IMG/VR virus record: IMGVR_UViG_3300037400_006508
Location: 64,001 to 128,000 of that record
DNA: 64,000 nucleotides
Strand: one strand, 5' to 3'
DNA from: a virus
Taxonomy: Duplodnaviria; Caudoviricetes
The notes under the pieces are model-generated. The model was not told the origin of the DNA. It saw only the letters and a list, made by a program, of their open reading frames with translations, and made no database searches. Made by a program: the position numbers and the translations under genes. Position 1 is the stretch's first letter. The number at the start of each line of letters is the position of its first letter. This document shows positions 18,986 through 27,682 of this stretch, one piece after another.

Positions 18986-19795
18986 ATGCCGGAAGGCGAA
19001 ATCAGGGTAGCCTACACGATAGACGTGCGGGGGGCCGGCGCTCAGCAGTTCTGCGACCAGCTCCTCGTCTCCGTGTATTCTCTTCTCAAGACGAAATCGC
19101 CGGACGACCGTATACGCGTGTCCGTGTTCTACGGGAGCATCCCATACGGGCTGGAGCAACGTGTGTCGTCGTTGGGAAGGGACGGATTCAAGGTCGAGTT
19201 CAACAGAATAGACGCAAATCTGCTTGCGAGGCTTGACAGATGTTCCGGAAGGGATCCTACCAAGGGAATACGGACTTTTTCCGGGATAACTTTCGTAAGG
19301 TTCTGCCTTCCGGACCTGATTCCGGACGCGGACAGGGTCGTATACCTGGATTGCGACACACTGGCCCGTTTTCCCATAAAGGATCTTTGGGACGTCGAAT
19401 TCGACGCTGGCTCCCTTATAGCGGCCACGCCGGGCGTCGTACCGGAGTACGGATTCAATTCCGGTACGATAGTTCTCGACCTGGCGGGGATGAGAAGGGA
19501 GGGGTGCGTGGAGCCGTTTCTCGAATATGCCGAAAAAGAGGCGAAGCTGTTCATGCTTCCCGACCAGACCGCCATGAATAAGTTCTTCGGCGGCAGGATA
19601 ACGGAGATTGACGGATCGTGGGTGTTCACTCCGTCCGTCGGAGGAAACAGCCCGTATCTAAGGTCTGCGAAGATGTTTCACTTCTATAACGGGCATAAAC
19701 CGTACCGTATAACCAGGGAAGATACCGGAAGGGTTCTTGTCATATGGAACAATCTTCTTTCCGAGGCGGAAAAGGAGGTGTCCGATGCCGGATAG
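18986..19795 (+). CDS. Glycosyltransferase family 8
   Basis: FVRFCLPDLIP..VVYLDCDTL, FNSGTIVLDL, DQTAMN, FHFYNGHKPY; paralogous to the C-domain of 10886..12307. Confidence 0.88.
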   Translation: MPEGEIRVAYTIDVRGAGAQQFCDQLLVSVYSLLKTKSPDDRIRVSVFYGSIPYGLEQRVSSLGRDGFKVEFNRIDANLLARLDRCSGRDPTKGIRTFSGITFVRFCLPDLIPDADRVVYLDCDTLARFPIKDLWDVEFDAGSLIAATPGVVPEYGFNSGTIVLDLAGMRREGCVEPFLEYAEKEAKLFMLPDQTAMNKFFGGRITEIDGSWVFTPSVGGNSPYLRSAKMFHFYNGHKPYRITREDTGRVLVIWNNLLSEAEKEVSDAG

Positions 19796-21419
19796 CGAAA
19801 ATGACGGCGCACCGAGCCCGATAGTGGATACGAGAACGGTAGATTATAACTGCGAATGCTGCAAATGCGGTCTTCTTAGCGTCGTTATCGAGTTTGATAA
19901 TGGTTGCAGGTGCCTGGGGATATACAGCAAGGAGGATTGCAGCGGTGATTGGTGGGAGAAAGAATGTCATTACGGCCCTTCCCATTTCGAAGTGGAGGTA
20001 TCTTTGTTGTATTGGGATTCGGAGCCGCCGCCCGGAACGGATCCCGTATCGGCAAGAGAGGTTGTTTTCTTCGAGTTTGACGCGGCGCATACCAGGTCCT
20101 CAGGTTATCTTTCATACTCGTCCCACGAGCAAATACCCGTTTGTTCGCCCGGCAAGTACAAAGTGGAGCTCCGTATATATGGAGACGGCATGAGCGTTAC
20201 CTTCGAGAAGGTTATTACCCTGTCGTCGATATACGGCCAGACCGTGGTTTTGAAGTATAGAAACATGGAATACCACGGGTGCTGCAATCCAACGCTGACT
20301 ATATCGTTGTACGATTTGTGCAGATCGAGAAAAACTCCCGATGGGGATGAAATTGCCGACGATCTGAAGGATTTTGACGACGTAGTAGTTACCATGGAGG
20401 ACGGTACGCAGTATACGCTCACTTACGATCCGGATGATTCATACACCTATTACTACAAGGATTTCGATCTGCCGTGCGGAAGCAGCTCCGGTGGGAGCGT
20501 TGAAAGCGTAACTATAGGCGGCGAGGAGGTTTCTCTTTATTGGGGGGATTTCTATTTTAACCCGTCCCAGCCGTACAATGCGTCTGAGTGGCATGAGGAT
20601 TGCAATTGGTATTTGATGCTCCGCTTGCCGCCCAGATACTATTTGTATCTCAGCATGGAGGGAAACGAATGCACTTCCGTGGGCGATACCATGACTTTGT
20701 ATGTAAAGGATTGCGATTATGGTTCGTGGCACATGACCGGGGTAACGCTTTCAAAGGTGCCCGGAAGTTCTAGCTTCGTATATTTCGACAGAGTTCCGCT
20801 TGAACATTTTAATCTTACCAGTTGCGACTGCAGGAGTCTGGATGTCTATCTTGATCAAGGGGGGAACACACTGGTTGGCCATGCCGATTTCCACGATGAG
20901 TACAATGGTGTTAGAAGCGTGTTCGTTTTGACTGGATCGGTCGACAATATAAAGCTCAGGAGAATAGTTGTAACCGCAAACGAGAAGGAGGATCATATAA
21001 CCGAGCCGTACACCATAACCGTTCACGTCAGTTACTACGACGGATACTCCACGCAGTATTTCACATGTACGCTTTCAAATCAGGGAGGAAGCGGAGGAAG
21101 CGGAAGTTCGGGGTCGTCCGGAAGTGGAAGCGGAGGCATAGGCCCCGGCGCAGGATGCAGCACCGTGGTGTGCATGGAGACGTATTCGTGCGGTGTAGAT
21201 TACATAGACGCCCCGCCCTTCATATACGCCGATTCAAATACAAGTTTTCCGTCGGACGATCTTGTGCAGATAGATATCGGTATCTATTACACCGGTCCAT
21301 ATTATCGTGGATTGCAAGAGCCCGAACCCGTGGTTAAGCTGTTGGAAGCACCGAAAAGCGATGTGGACGATGTATTCAGCGAAGGCGTCGTTGAAGAGTC
21401 AGAGAAAGGCGAAAAATGA
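19785..21419 (+). CDS. Cys/Tyr-rich acidic hypothetical protein, probably surface or structural
   Basis: ATG at 19785 follows AAGGAGG; CECCKC, many Cys/Tyr, a GGSGGSGSSG linker; AT-richer. Confidence 0.65.
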   Translation: MPDSENDGAPSPIVDTRTVDYNCECCKCGLLSVVIEFDNGCRCLGIYSKEDCSGDWWEKECHYGPSHFEVEVSLLYWDSEPPPGTDPVSAREVVFFEFDAAHTRSSGYLSYSSHEQIPVCSPGKYKVELRIYGDGMSVTFEKVITLSSIYGQTVVLKYRNMEYHGCCNPTLTISLYDLCRSRKTPDGDEIADDLKDFDDVVVTMEDGTQYTLTYDPDDSYTYYYKDFDLPCGSSSGGSVESVTIGGEEVSLYWGDFYFNPSQPYNASEWHEDCNWYLMLRLPPRYYLYLSMEGNECTSVGDTMTLYVKDCDYGSWHMTGVTLSKVPGSSSFVYFDRVPLEHFNLTSCDCRSLDVYLDQGGNTLVGHADFHDEYNGVRSVFVLTGSVDNIKLRRIVVTANEKEDHITEPYTITVHVSYYDGYSTQYFTCTLSNQGGSGGSGSSGSSGSGSGGIGPGAGCSTVVCMETYSCGVDYIDAPPFIYADSNTSFPSDDLVQIDIGIYYTGPYYRGLQEPEPVVKLLEAPKSDVDDVFSEGVVEESEKGEK

Positions 21420-21844
21420 GTTGCAACTGCGATAAGGACAAGTCTGCGAAAGTGGATTCGCGGTCATCCGGCTACAGCCAGCCAATGGCTTGCGGCAAGT
21501 GCCTTGCCAAGCATTTGTCGAAGGCTTCGGTCGAGTACTCGGAGGTGTTGGAGGACGCATCAAGGTACACCGAGCTGTCATTTTGCATAGGCGATCTGGC
21601 GTGTGCGGAGGACCATGCTTCCGCTCTCGGCTGGAGTGACATGAAGGACAAGATAAGATCCGCCAGGGAAAGCGTATATTCGTTCGAGAAGTCAACGTAC
21701 GACGATCTGGTGTCGCTTGCGTCCGAGGCGGTAGGCCGTATTGTGTCTAAGGACAAGGATAACATGAAGTTTGCGATGGAAATGGCCAAGGCTCGGGCGG
21801 CCGCCCGTGCGTCGGAGGACAGCAACGATGTCGGCGCACCCTGA
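21416..21844 (+). CDS. Hypothetical protein with a CxxCxxxH putative metal site
   Basis: MACGKCLAKHL...GDLACAEDH. Confidence 0.65.
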   Translation: MSCNCDKDKSAKVDSRSSGYSQPMACGKCLAKHLSKASVEYSEVLEDASRYTELSFCIGDLACAEDHASALGWSDMKDKIRSARESVYSFEKSTYDDLVSLASEAVGRIVSKDKDNMKFAMEMAKARAAARASEDSNDVGAP

Positions 21845-22322
21845 TTCGTTCGAGGAGGGAGACGGAACGGTCGAGTCCGTCACTAAGGACAAGACCGAGA
21901 AGCACGATGAGATCGTCGTCCGCCTCAAGGACGGAAGGCGGATCGTCATATCGAACAACACGGAGCTCGGGAAGCGCATACTTCCGGTTCTTGGTTCGAA
22001 GATAGGATACCACGGATACCGCGTAACCGGCACGAACGTCGTACACAGGACGCACCCGAACAGGGGGTCCAGGGGCGGATGGCTCGAGGAGAAGAAGGCG
22101 CAGTACTGGGGGGATGTCGATCTCTCGCGGGGCTCCGAGGCGCACGAAGGGCAGACCGTGATCGTGCTCGAAGGCCGGAGACAGCTTGAATTTGCGACTT
22201 TGGAGGACGCGGCCAACTATCTGGCAGGCGTAGGAATGCTGCCTAGGTCCGATGTGGAGACCATGCTGCGCAGCAGGGAGCCGCTGATCAACGGAAGACA
22301 GGTCTCCTATCCGGAGGGATAG
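21828..22322 (+). CDS. Hypothetical protein
   Basis: In-frame ATG at 21828 overlapping the upstream gene end. Confidence 0.6.
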   Translation: MSAHPDSFEEGDGTVESVTKDKTEKHDEIVVRLKDGRRIVISNNTELGKRILPVLGSKIGYHGYRVTGTNVVHRTHPNRGSRGGWLEEKKAQYWGDVDLSRGSEAHEGQTVIVLEGRRQLEFATLEDAANYLAGVGMLPRSDVETMLRSREPLINGRQVSYPEG

Positions 22323-22372
22323 CGCCGCATAGGTTTTTTTGGTTTAATCGCATAAACATCCTGGAGATCGAG

Positions 22373-22942
22373 ATGACACGTTACGAAAAGGGATTTCTTG
22401 CAAAGTGCGCGGAGTACGGGCTTCCGTACGAGAACGCGATCGGACTGTTCAAGTCTGCCAAGGTCACTGGACTCATGAGCGACGGAAGGGTCGTCACAAT
22501 AGACCATGGGAAGAAGACGGTAGGCGGCGGCAGGCCGATGCCGTCCTCGGGCGCCGGGTTCGTTTATACCGGTAAGTCCGATCCAAGGACCGTTGCGTCC
22601 GGAGGAGGGAGGTACAGATACGCTCCGGCTTCCTCGCAACCGGGCGCAAAGTTGGCGAAGAGGCAGCCTGACGGGAAGGGCGGATACCGCATGTCCGAGC
22701 CGGAGTGGAGGAAGACGTACGGCAACACGAAGAGACCGAACCTACCGCAGTCCGAGATCGACAGGATCCATGCGAAAAACGTATCGGCCATGAGGAGCGA
22801 TCCGGACTACATCGCCTGGAGCAACAGGGTCGACCGCGGAGTCAGGGAAGATCGCCTGCGTGCCGCCAGGGAGATGAACGAAATGGCTGAGAAGCTTCTA
22901 GCGGCACGCGCCGCGGCCAGGTCCCGTGGCGGAAGGTCGTAG
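22373..22942 (+). CDS. Leader-family protein with basic cargo
   Basis: Leader MTRYEKGFLAKCAEYGLPYENAIGLFKSA. Confidence 0.75.
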   Translation: MTRYEKGFLAKCAEYGLPYENAIGLFKSAKVTGLMSDGRVVTIDHGKKTVGGGRPMPSSGAGFVYTGKSDPRTVASGGGRYRYAPASSQPGAKLAKRQPDGKGGYRMSEPEWRKTYGNTKRPNLPQSEIDRIHAKNVSAMRSDPDYIAWSNRVDRGVREDRLRAAREMNEMAEKLLAARAAARSRGGRS

Positions 22943-22943
22943 G

Positions 22944-23519
22944 ATGACCCCGTACGAGTCCGGCTTCCTGTCCAGGTGCTCCGAACTTGGCGTTCCGGAG
23001 CGCCTTTCGTCGTCTTTGCTGAAGCGTGCGGCCGAGGTCGGTCTGAAGACGAACCTGACCACGCACGTGGACATGCCCTATGTACCTGCCGTCGATACGC
23101 CGGTTCCCGACAACCCTACGCCTCCTCCGTTCGACTGGTCGAAGCTGGAATGGAAGAAAAGGGAGCCGGGCCTCCTGACCCGTATACTGAACGGCAGGAG
23201 AATATCGAAGTATCCTGACTGGAAGGATCGCATGAACAGGGACGTCGAGGAGCACAACAAGGCCGTCAGCGACTGGTACGACGAGGCGTACAAGAAGCTT
23301 CCGCCGTTGCCCGGAGGACCGGTGCAGAAGCTCAGCGACATCTACGATTACGTACGGAGGCGGCATGCTTTCACGCCGCCGACCCATCTTATGAAGGAGC
23401 AGCCGTCCTTCTATTGGGACGACTCTCCGCAGGAATACAGGCCTCCCACGCGGGATGAAAGGTTCAAGGAGTGGAGGTTCCAGAATCCATGGACCCCCGC
23501 TTCCGAGTTCAAGGGGTAG
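22944..23519 (+). CDS. Leader-family protein with Pro/Trp-rich cargo
   Basis: Leader MTPYESGFLSRCSELGVPERLSSSLLKRA starting at ATG 22944. Confidence 0.75.
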   Translation: MTPYESGFLSRCSELGVPERLSSSLLKRAAEVGLKTNLTTHVDMPYVPAVDTPVPDNPTPPPFDWSKLEWKKREPGLLTRILNGRRISKYPDWKDRMNRDVEEHNKAVSDWYDEAYKKLPPLPGGPVQKLSDIYDYVRRRHAFTPPTHLMKEQPSFYWDDSPQEYRPPTRDERFKEWRFQNPWTPASEFKG

Positions 23520-23523
23520 CCGG

Positions 23524-26091
23524 ATGTCCGTAAAGTCAGCCCAGATTCCGGTGGACTTCATGGGCTGGGCCCAGGCCCAGGTTCCACATGACGTCGTGTC
23601 GTCCGTCGAGCGCAGCACGCCGGAGAACAAGATCGCGTTCGGTACAGGCAAGGGCGTGAAGGCCGGGTTGTCCCCGGAGGAGGCGAAGCTACGCGCCCTT
23701 CAGCACGAACTGGCGCTAAATCAGCAGGAGAACACGTCCACCGGTCTTGTGTCGGGACGGCCGTACAAGAATCACGAGTTTTTTGCAAGGACCAATATGC
23801 CGGAGAAGGTGTATGTCAATGTAGGCGGGTACGGGGAAGGGGAAGGCAACCCGCTTCTGTTCGGCGGATCGATTTCCCCCAATCCTGTCCTTGATCTGGC
23901 TACACCCGGAAAGATAGCCCCGGAGGACACCCTATCGTTTCAGCAATCGCAGGGAAGGGCGGCACAGAACGCGATAGATCTATTCAGGGCCGCCGGCGTG
24001 CCAGTCGAGTTGTTCGGGCATTCGTACGGAGGCGACACGGCCGCGCACCTGGCCGTTGCGAACCCGGACGTACCGACGCATGCAATAGATCCCGTCAGCA
24101 TGTTCAATCAGGTTCCTTCGGAGAAGAGGCCGTCGAACCTGACCGTGTATCAGCCGTACGGCAGCGCATGGAACGACGTTCCGTACGATTTCATCGCAAC
24201 CGTCGGAAACAAGTACGCCCCGGACAGGAACACCGTTCAGTACGAAGGCGGCCATGTCAAGGGGACAGGGCAGCTTGTCGACAGCATAATAGACGATTCA
24301 ACGGCGAAGCGGACGTCCGATGCCGCGGTTCCGGCGCCATCCGCGGTCGTTCCTCTAAAGAAGGCCGGAAGCGGCCTCGTAGGTCCGCACAACATAGGTT
24401 CCGTATTCATGAAGGCGGCCGCCAGCTATAGATGGGGAGACGCATCTGCAAAACCTATCGTACCGGCCGAGAAGCCGGCGGATCCGCCGGCGCAGCCGAA
24501 AGAAAAAGGATCCGGCGGGTTTTCCCTTTTCGACAATGCCGCTACAAGGGGCATAGCCGATGCGATAAACTGGGGAATCGACACAGGATCCAGGGTCGGA
24601 ACGCGCATGGGGTGGGTCGATCCGGACGCGAACGCAAGAAGGCTGAGGGACAGGGCCGCCCGCCGCGAGGCGGACGAGAACAACGGGGTCGTGACCGGAA
24701 AGTACTACCGCGAAGCCCTGGACAGCGCATTGGACGACTGGAACGCCGGACAGGGCGACAAGGCGTGGACGAGAACGCTTGACGACCATTTCAGGTGGGG
24801 GAACATAACTCCGCAGGAATACTACGGCATGTTGAAGGACCAGTACGGCAAGTATGCGTACATGTTCGGCATGCCGGGGGACATGTCTGCCGATCCTAAC
24901 GGGCAATTCCCGATTACCAGGGACGGGAAGCCGGTCATGGTTCTTGGAAATGGCAAAAACGAGCAAATGGCCGTCGACACCAGGCAGAGGCAGTATGCAT
25001 TCCAGAAGATGCTGGAGGGCGCGGGGCAGCATTTCGCCCATATGAAGGACGGTGATGTCGGATTCTTCGGTCCCTACACCCGTGCGGCTTCGTTCGCCAT
25101 AAACGAGGACAGGTCGTTGCACGATGGACCTTTTGTAGCGAACACCGACAATCTTTCCGATGTATATCCGGCTCCAGGAAGCATGCGGACCGGAAAGCCG
25201 TGGGGGTACAATCTTGCCGATCTTTCAGACAAGGCGAAACAGTTTCGCATGGATCGCGAGCTGGAGTGGTACGATAGACAGCTGGAGGAAAGTCGGAAGC
25301 TTCCGGAGTGGCAACGCGTCCCAGGTCTCGAAGAAAGCATCCTTTCGGCCAAAGAATCGGCAAAAAGGCCATGGGAGAAGTATTTTGTGGAGACCCCGGC
25401 GCGCCTCAAGAGCCTCAGCGACGGAATATCGATGAGAAAATACAATCTTGAAAACGGCGACGGCCTTACGCCGGAGGACAGGGATAGACTGCAATCGGAG
25501 ATAGACTCCATGCAGAAGGAGTACGACAGCCTGTATGAAGGCAGTCGCGAGCAGGATAAGATGGATTGGGCCAGGGTCGGAGACGCCGCCGGATTCGCGG
25601 TACCGTATCTTGCGTTTCCGACGTACGCCATACCGACCTACGGAATAAGCTCGGCTACGCGAAACCTGAACAAAGGAAACTACGCGTCAGCCGTCATGGA
25701 TGCCGCGACGGCGGCCATTCCTTTCGGGGTAGACAGACTCGGAATCAAAAACAAGGTAGGGCAGGTTGCGGCGAATCTCGTTCCGTTCGGCGTTGCGCAG
25801 ACGGCCGGCCCGCTCTTGGACGAGTATTCGTACGGCGGGTACAACGACGCGACTCCGGAGTATCAGGAGGCGATGTCCCGGATACAGAACGACATGCAGA
25901 GGACAAGGGACATATCCTCTCTTGCCGCGATGTTGTCGGGCTATGACCAGATGAGTCCGGAAGACCAGGCCGGTGTATGGAGGATGTTTAACAATCTGAC
26001 GGAATCCGAGATGGATCAGCTGGACGCATTCGTTAACCAAAATGGCGGGAAGATAGACATCCCATGGCGTACCCAGACCTATTTTAAGTAA
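23524..26091 (+). CDS. Large protein: alpha/beta-hydrolase-like domain plus an unknown helical domain with hydrophobic segments
   Basis: Nucleophile elbow LFGHSYGG, AIDP and a later GGH; starts MSVKSA; internal KKA/KAA between the domains. Confidence 0.65.
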   Translation: MSVKSAQIPVDFMGWAQAQVPHDVVSSVERSTPENKIAFGTGKGVKAGLSPEEAKLRALQHELALNQQENTSTGLVSGRPYKNHEFFARTNMPEKVYVNVGGYGEGEGNPLLFGGSISPNPVLDLATPGKIAPEDTLSFQQSQGRAAQNAIDLFRAAGVPVELFGHSYGGDTAAHLAVANPDVPTHAIDPVSMFNQVPSEKRPSNLTVYQPYGSAWNDVPYDFIATVGNKYAPDRNTVQYEGGHVKGTGQLVDSIIDDSTAKRTSDAAVPAPSAVVPLKKAGSGLVGPHNIGSVFMKAAASYRWGDASAKPIVPAEKPADPPAQPKEKGSGGFSLFDNAATRGIADAINWGIDTGSRVGTRMGWVDPDANARRLRDRAARREADENNGVVTGKYYREALDSALDDWNAGQGDKAWTRTLDDHFRWGNITPQEYYGMLKDQYGKYAYMFGMPGDMSADPNGQFPITRDGKPVMVLGNGKNEQMAVDTRQRQYAFQKMLEGAGQHFAHMKDGDVGFFGPYTRAASFAINEDRSLHDGPFVANTDNLSDVYPAPGSMRTGKPWGYNLADLSDKAKQFRMDRELEWYDRQLEESRKLPEWQRVPGLEESILSAKESAKRPWEKYFVETPARLKSLSDGISMRKYNLENGDGLTPEDRDRLQSEIDSMQKEYDSLYEGSREQDKMDWARVGDAAGFAVPYLAFPTYAIPTYGISSATRNLNKGNYASAVMDAATAAIPFGVDRLGIKNKVGQVAANLVPFGVAQTAGPLLDEYSYGGYNDATPEYQEAMSRIQNDMQRTRDISSLAAMLSGYDQMSPEDQAGVWRMFNNLTESEMDQLDAFVNQNGGKIDIPWRTQTYFK

Positions 26092-26094
26092 CAG

Positions 26095-26577
26095 ATGGCG
26101 TCCACCTTTTCATCCGTGATACAGCTTCTCCTGTCCGTGTTCGACTTCATAAGGGGCCGGTCGGACAGGAAGCGGAAAAGGCTTGACGTGCTGGAGGACA
26201 GGATAAAGGCGATCCAGCGCGATATTGCAAAAGCCCTGGAAGATGGTAGAATAACCGACGTAGCCACCCTGAGGATGGAGTTGGACGGATTGAAGAAGGA
26301 GTACGACAAGCTTGGAGGAAAACGCGCATCGGTGGCCGCCGCCACCGGCATGCTTCTTTTTTTAGCCATTACGCCGTTTTTGTCCGGATGCTTTTCGACC
26401 AGGTCGGATCCGTCGACCCCGTATGTGGTCGTCGGCGAGAGGATCATAATACTGGAGCCCGGTTCCGAGCTCGTTGTTCCGGAACTGGTTCCTCCGGCGA
26501 AGAAATGGTACCTGATAGACAACATAGGCCTTCAGGTCGGACTTGGCATACCGATGTTACTGGAGAACGACAGATGA
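26095..26577 (+). CDS. Membrane protein with a coiled coil and an internal lipobox (spanin-like?)
   Basis: Hydrophobic N-terminus, a coiled coil, then MLLFLAITPFLSG-C. Confidence 0.5.
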   Translation: MASTFSSVIQLLLSVFDFIRGRSDRKRKRLDVLEDRIKAIQRDIAKALEDGRITDVATLRMELDGLKKEYDKLGGKRASVAAATGMLLFLAITPFLSGCFSTRSDPSTPYVVVGERIIILEPGSELVVPELVPPAKKWYLIDNIGLQVGLGIPMLLENDR

Positions 26578-26930
26578 AGGACTTTTCCGGGCTTCTCAAG
26601 ATCGCCGGTGTCGGATACTCGCCCACGGTGGGCGACTTCATGAACAGATGGAACGGCGACATCAACGCGAATCCGTTCCAGAGGAGCGACGCGTTCAGCC
26701 GGATCAACAACGCCGGGCTCGACGTCAAGCAGCCGGCATCCAGGATACCGTATGTCCTTGGCGGCGGCGTTCTTGGAAGGGCCGCGGCATCATACCTGGG
26801 GGCCAATCCGTTCTGGAAGAACGTAGCCACGGTAGGCGGGGCCATGGTCGGAAATTCCATTTACAAGAAGAACAATCCGGATCCAAGGGCGATGCCGGTC
26901 GCACCAGGAGTGATAAGGAGAGGTTGGTAG
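26574..26930 (+). CDS. Small glycine-zipper protein with a short KxA leader
   Basis: ATG at 26574 (ATGA overlap); MKDFSGLLKIA; LGGGVLGRAAASYLG..VATVGGAMVG. Confidence 0.7.
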   Translation: MKDFSGLLKIAGVGYSPTVGDFMNRWNGDINANPFQRSDAFSRINNAGLDVKQPASRIPYVLGGGVLGRAAASYLGANPFWKNVATVGGAMVGNSIYKKNNPDPRAMPVAPGVIRRGW

Positions 26931-27290
26931 ATGTACAGGATAAACGAGTTCTTGACCCCCAGGGAGAGGGCCGAGGCGATAAGGGTCGGCGCTCTTCGCA
27001 AACTTGCTTCTTTGGGCATGACGCCGTCCGATTTTTCCCGCCAGATGAAAAAATCGGCCCTTGCCGGGGCCGCAGCCGGCGTCGGGGCTGCCGCGGCCGG
27101 CAAGATGGCGCCGCTTCTGTCCCCGAAGACGCTGTTTTCGCTTGCCATCTACCTTGGAATTCCGCTTGGGGCGCTGAGCTACGGCCTAAAGAGCTCGTTC
27201 TCCCCGGAGACAAGCGCAAACAGCGATCTGAAGACCAAGCTTGACGAGATGAACGACATCGTCGAGCAGTACAGGAGGCAGCTCGGCTAA
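26931..27290 (+). CDS. Small membrane protein with a divergent leader ending KKSA
   Basis: AIRVGALRKLASLGMTPSDFSRQMKKSA, then AGAAAGVGAAAAG and LAIYLGIPLGALSYGL. Confidence 0.7.
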   Translation: MYRINEFLTPRERAEAIRVGALRKLASLGMTPSDFSRQMKKSALAGAAAGVGAAAAGKMAPLLSPKTLFSLAIYLGIPLGALSYGLKSSFSPETSANSDLKTKLDEMNDIVEQYRRQLG

Positions 27291-27682
27291 TGAACCAGGG
27301 CATGCCGTCGTGGGCCGAGCTGATGGCCCGTATGCCGAAGTCCTCGGTCTTTCCACAGCCCAGCGAGGTTGCGCACGGGCTTGAGACGATCAAGTACAAG
27401 AAGACCCCCGTCGTGGTATCCGAGTACCATGTGGAGGTGTTCGACATGGAGTCGAAGAAGGACAGGGAGGACTACTGCAAGCTGATGCTGGACCTTGCGA
27501 ACAAGGTTCAGAACTCGCAGTGCATGATCGGCAGGCAGGAGCTTGAGAAGATGACTTCCAAGGACGGATCCACCACGTGGAAGAGGTATGTTGAGTGGTT
27601 CGACTACAAGCTGAACGATACCAGCACGACCACGAAGACGGAGGACGAGGAGAAAGATGGAGATGAATCAGAAAATGGCTGA
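27290..27682 (+). CDS. Hypothetical protein
   Basis: TAATG coupling; 130 aa. Confidence 0.7.
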   Translation: MNQGMPSWAELMARMPKSSVFPQPSEVAHGLETIKYKKTPVVVSEYHVEVFDMESKKDREDYCKLMLDLANKVQNSQCMIGRQELEKMTSKDGSTTWKRYVEWFDYKLNDTSTTTKTEDEEKDGDESENG

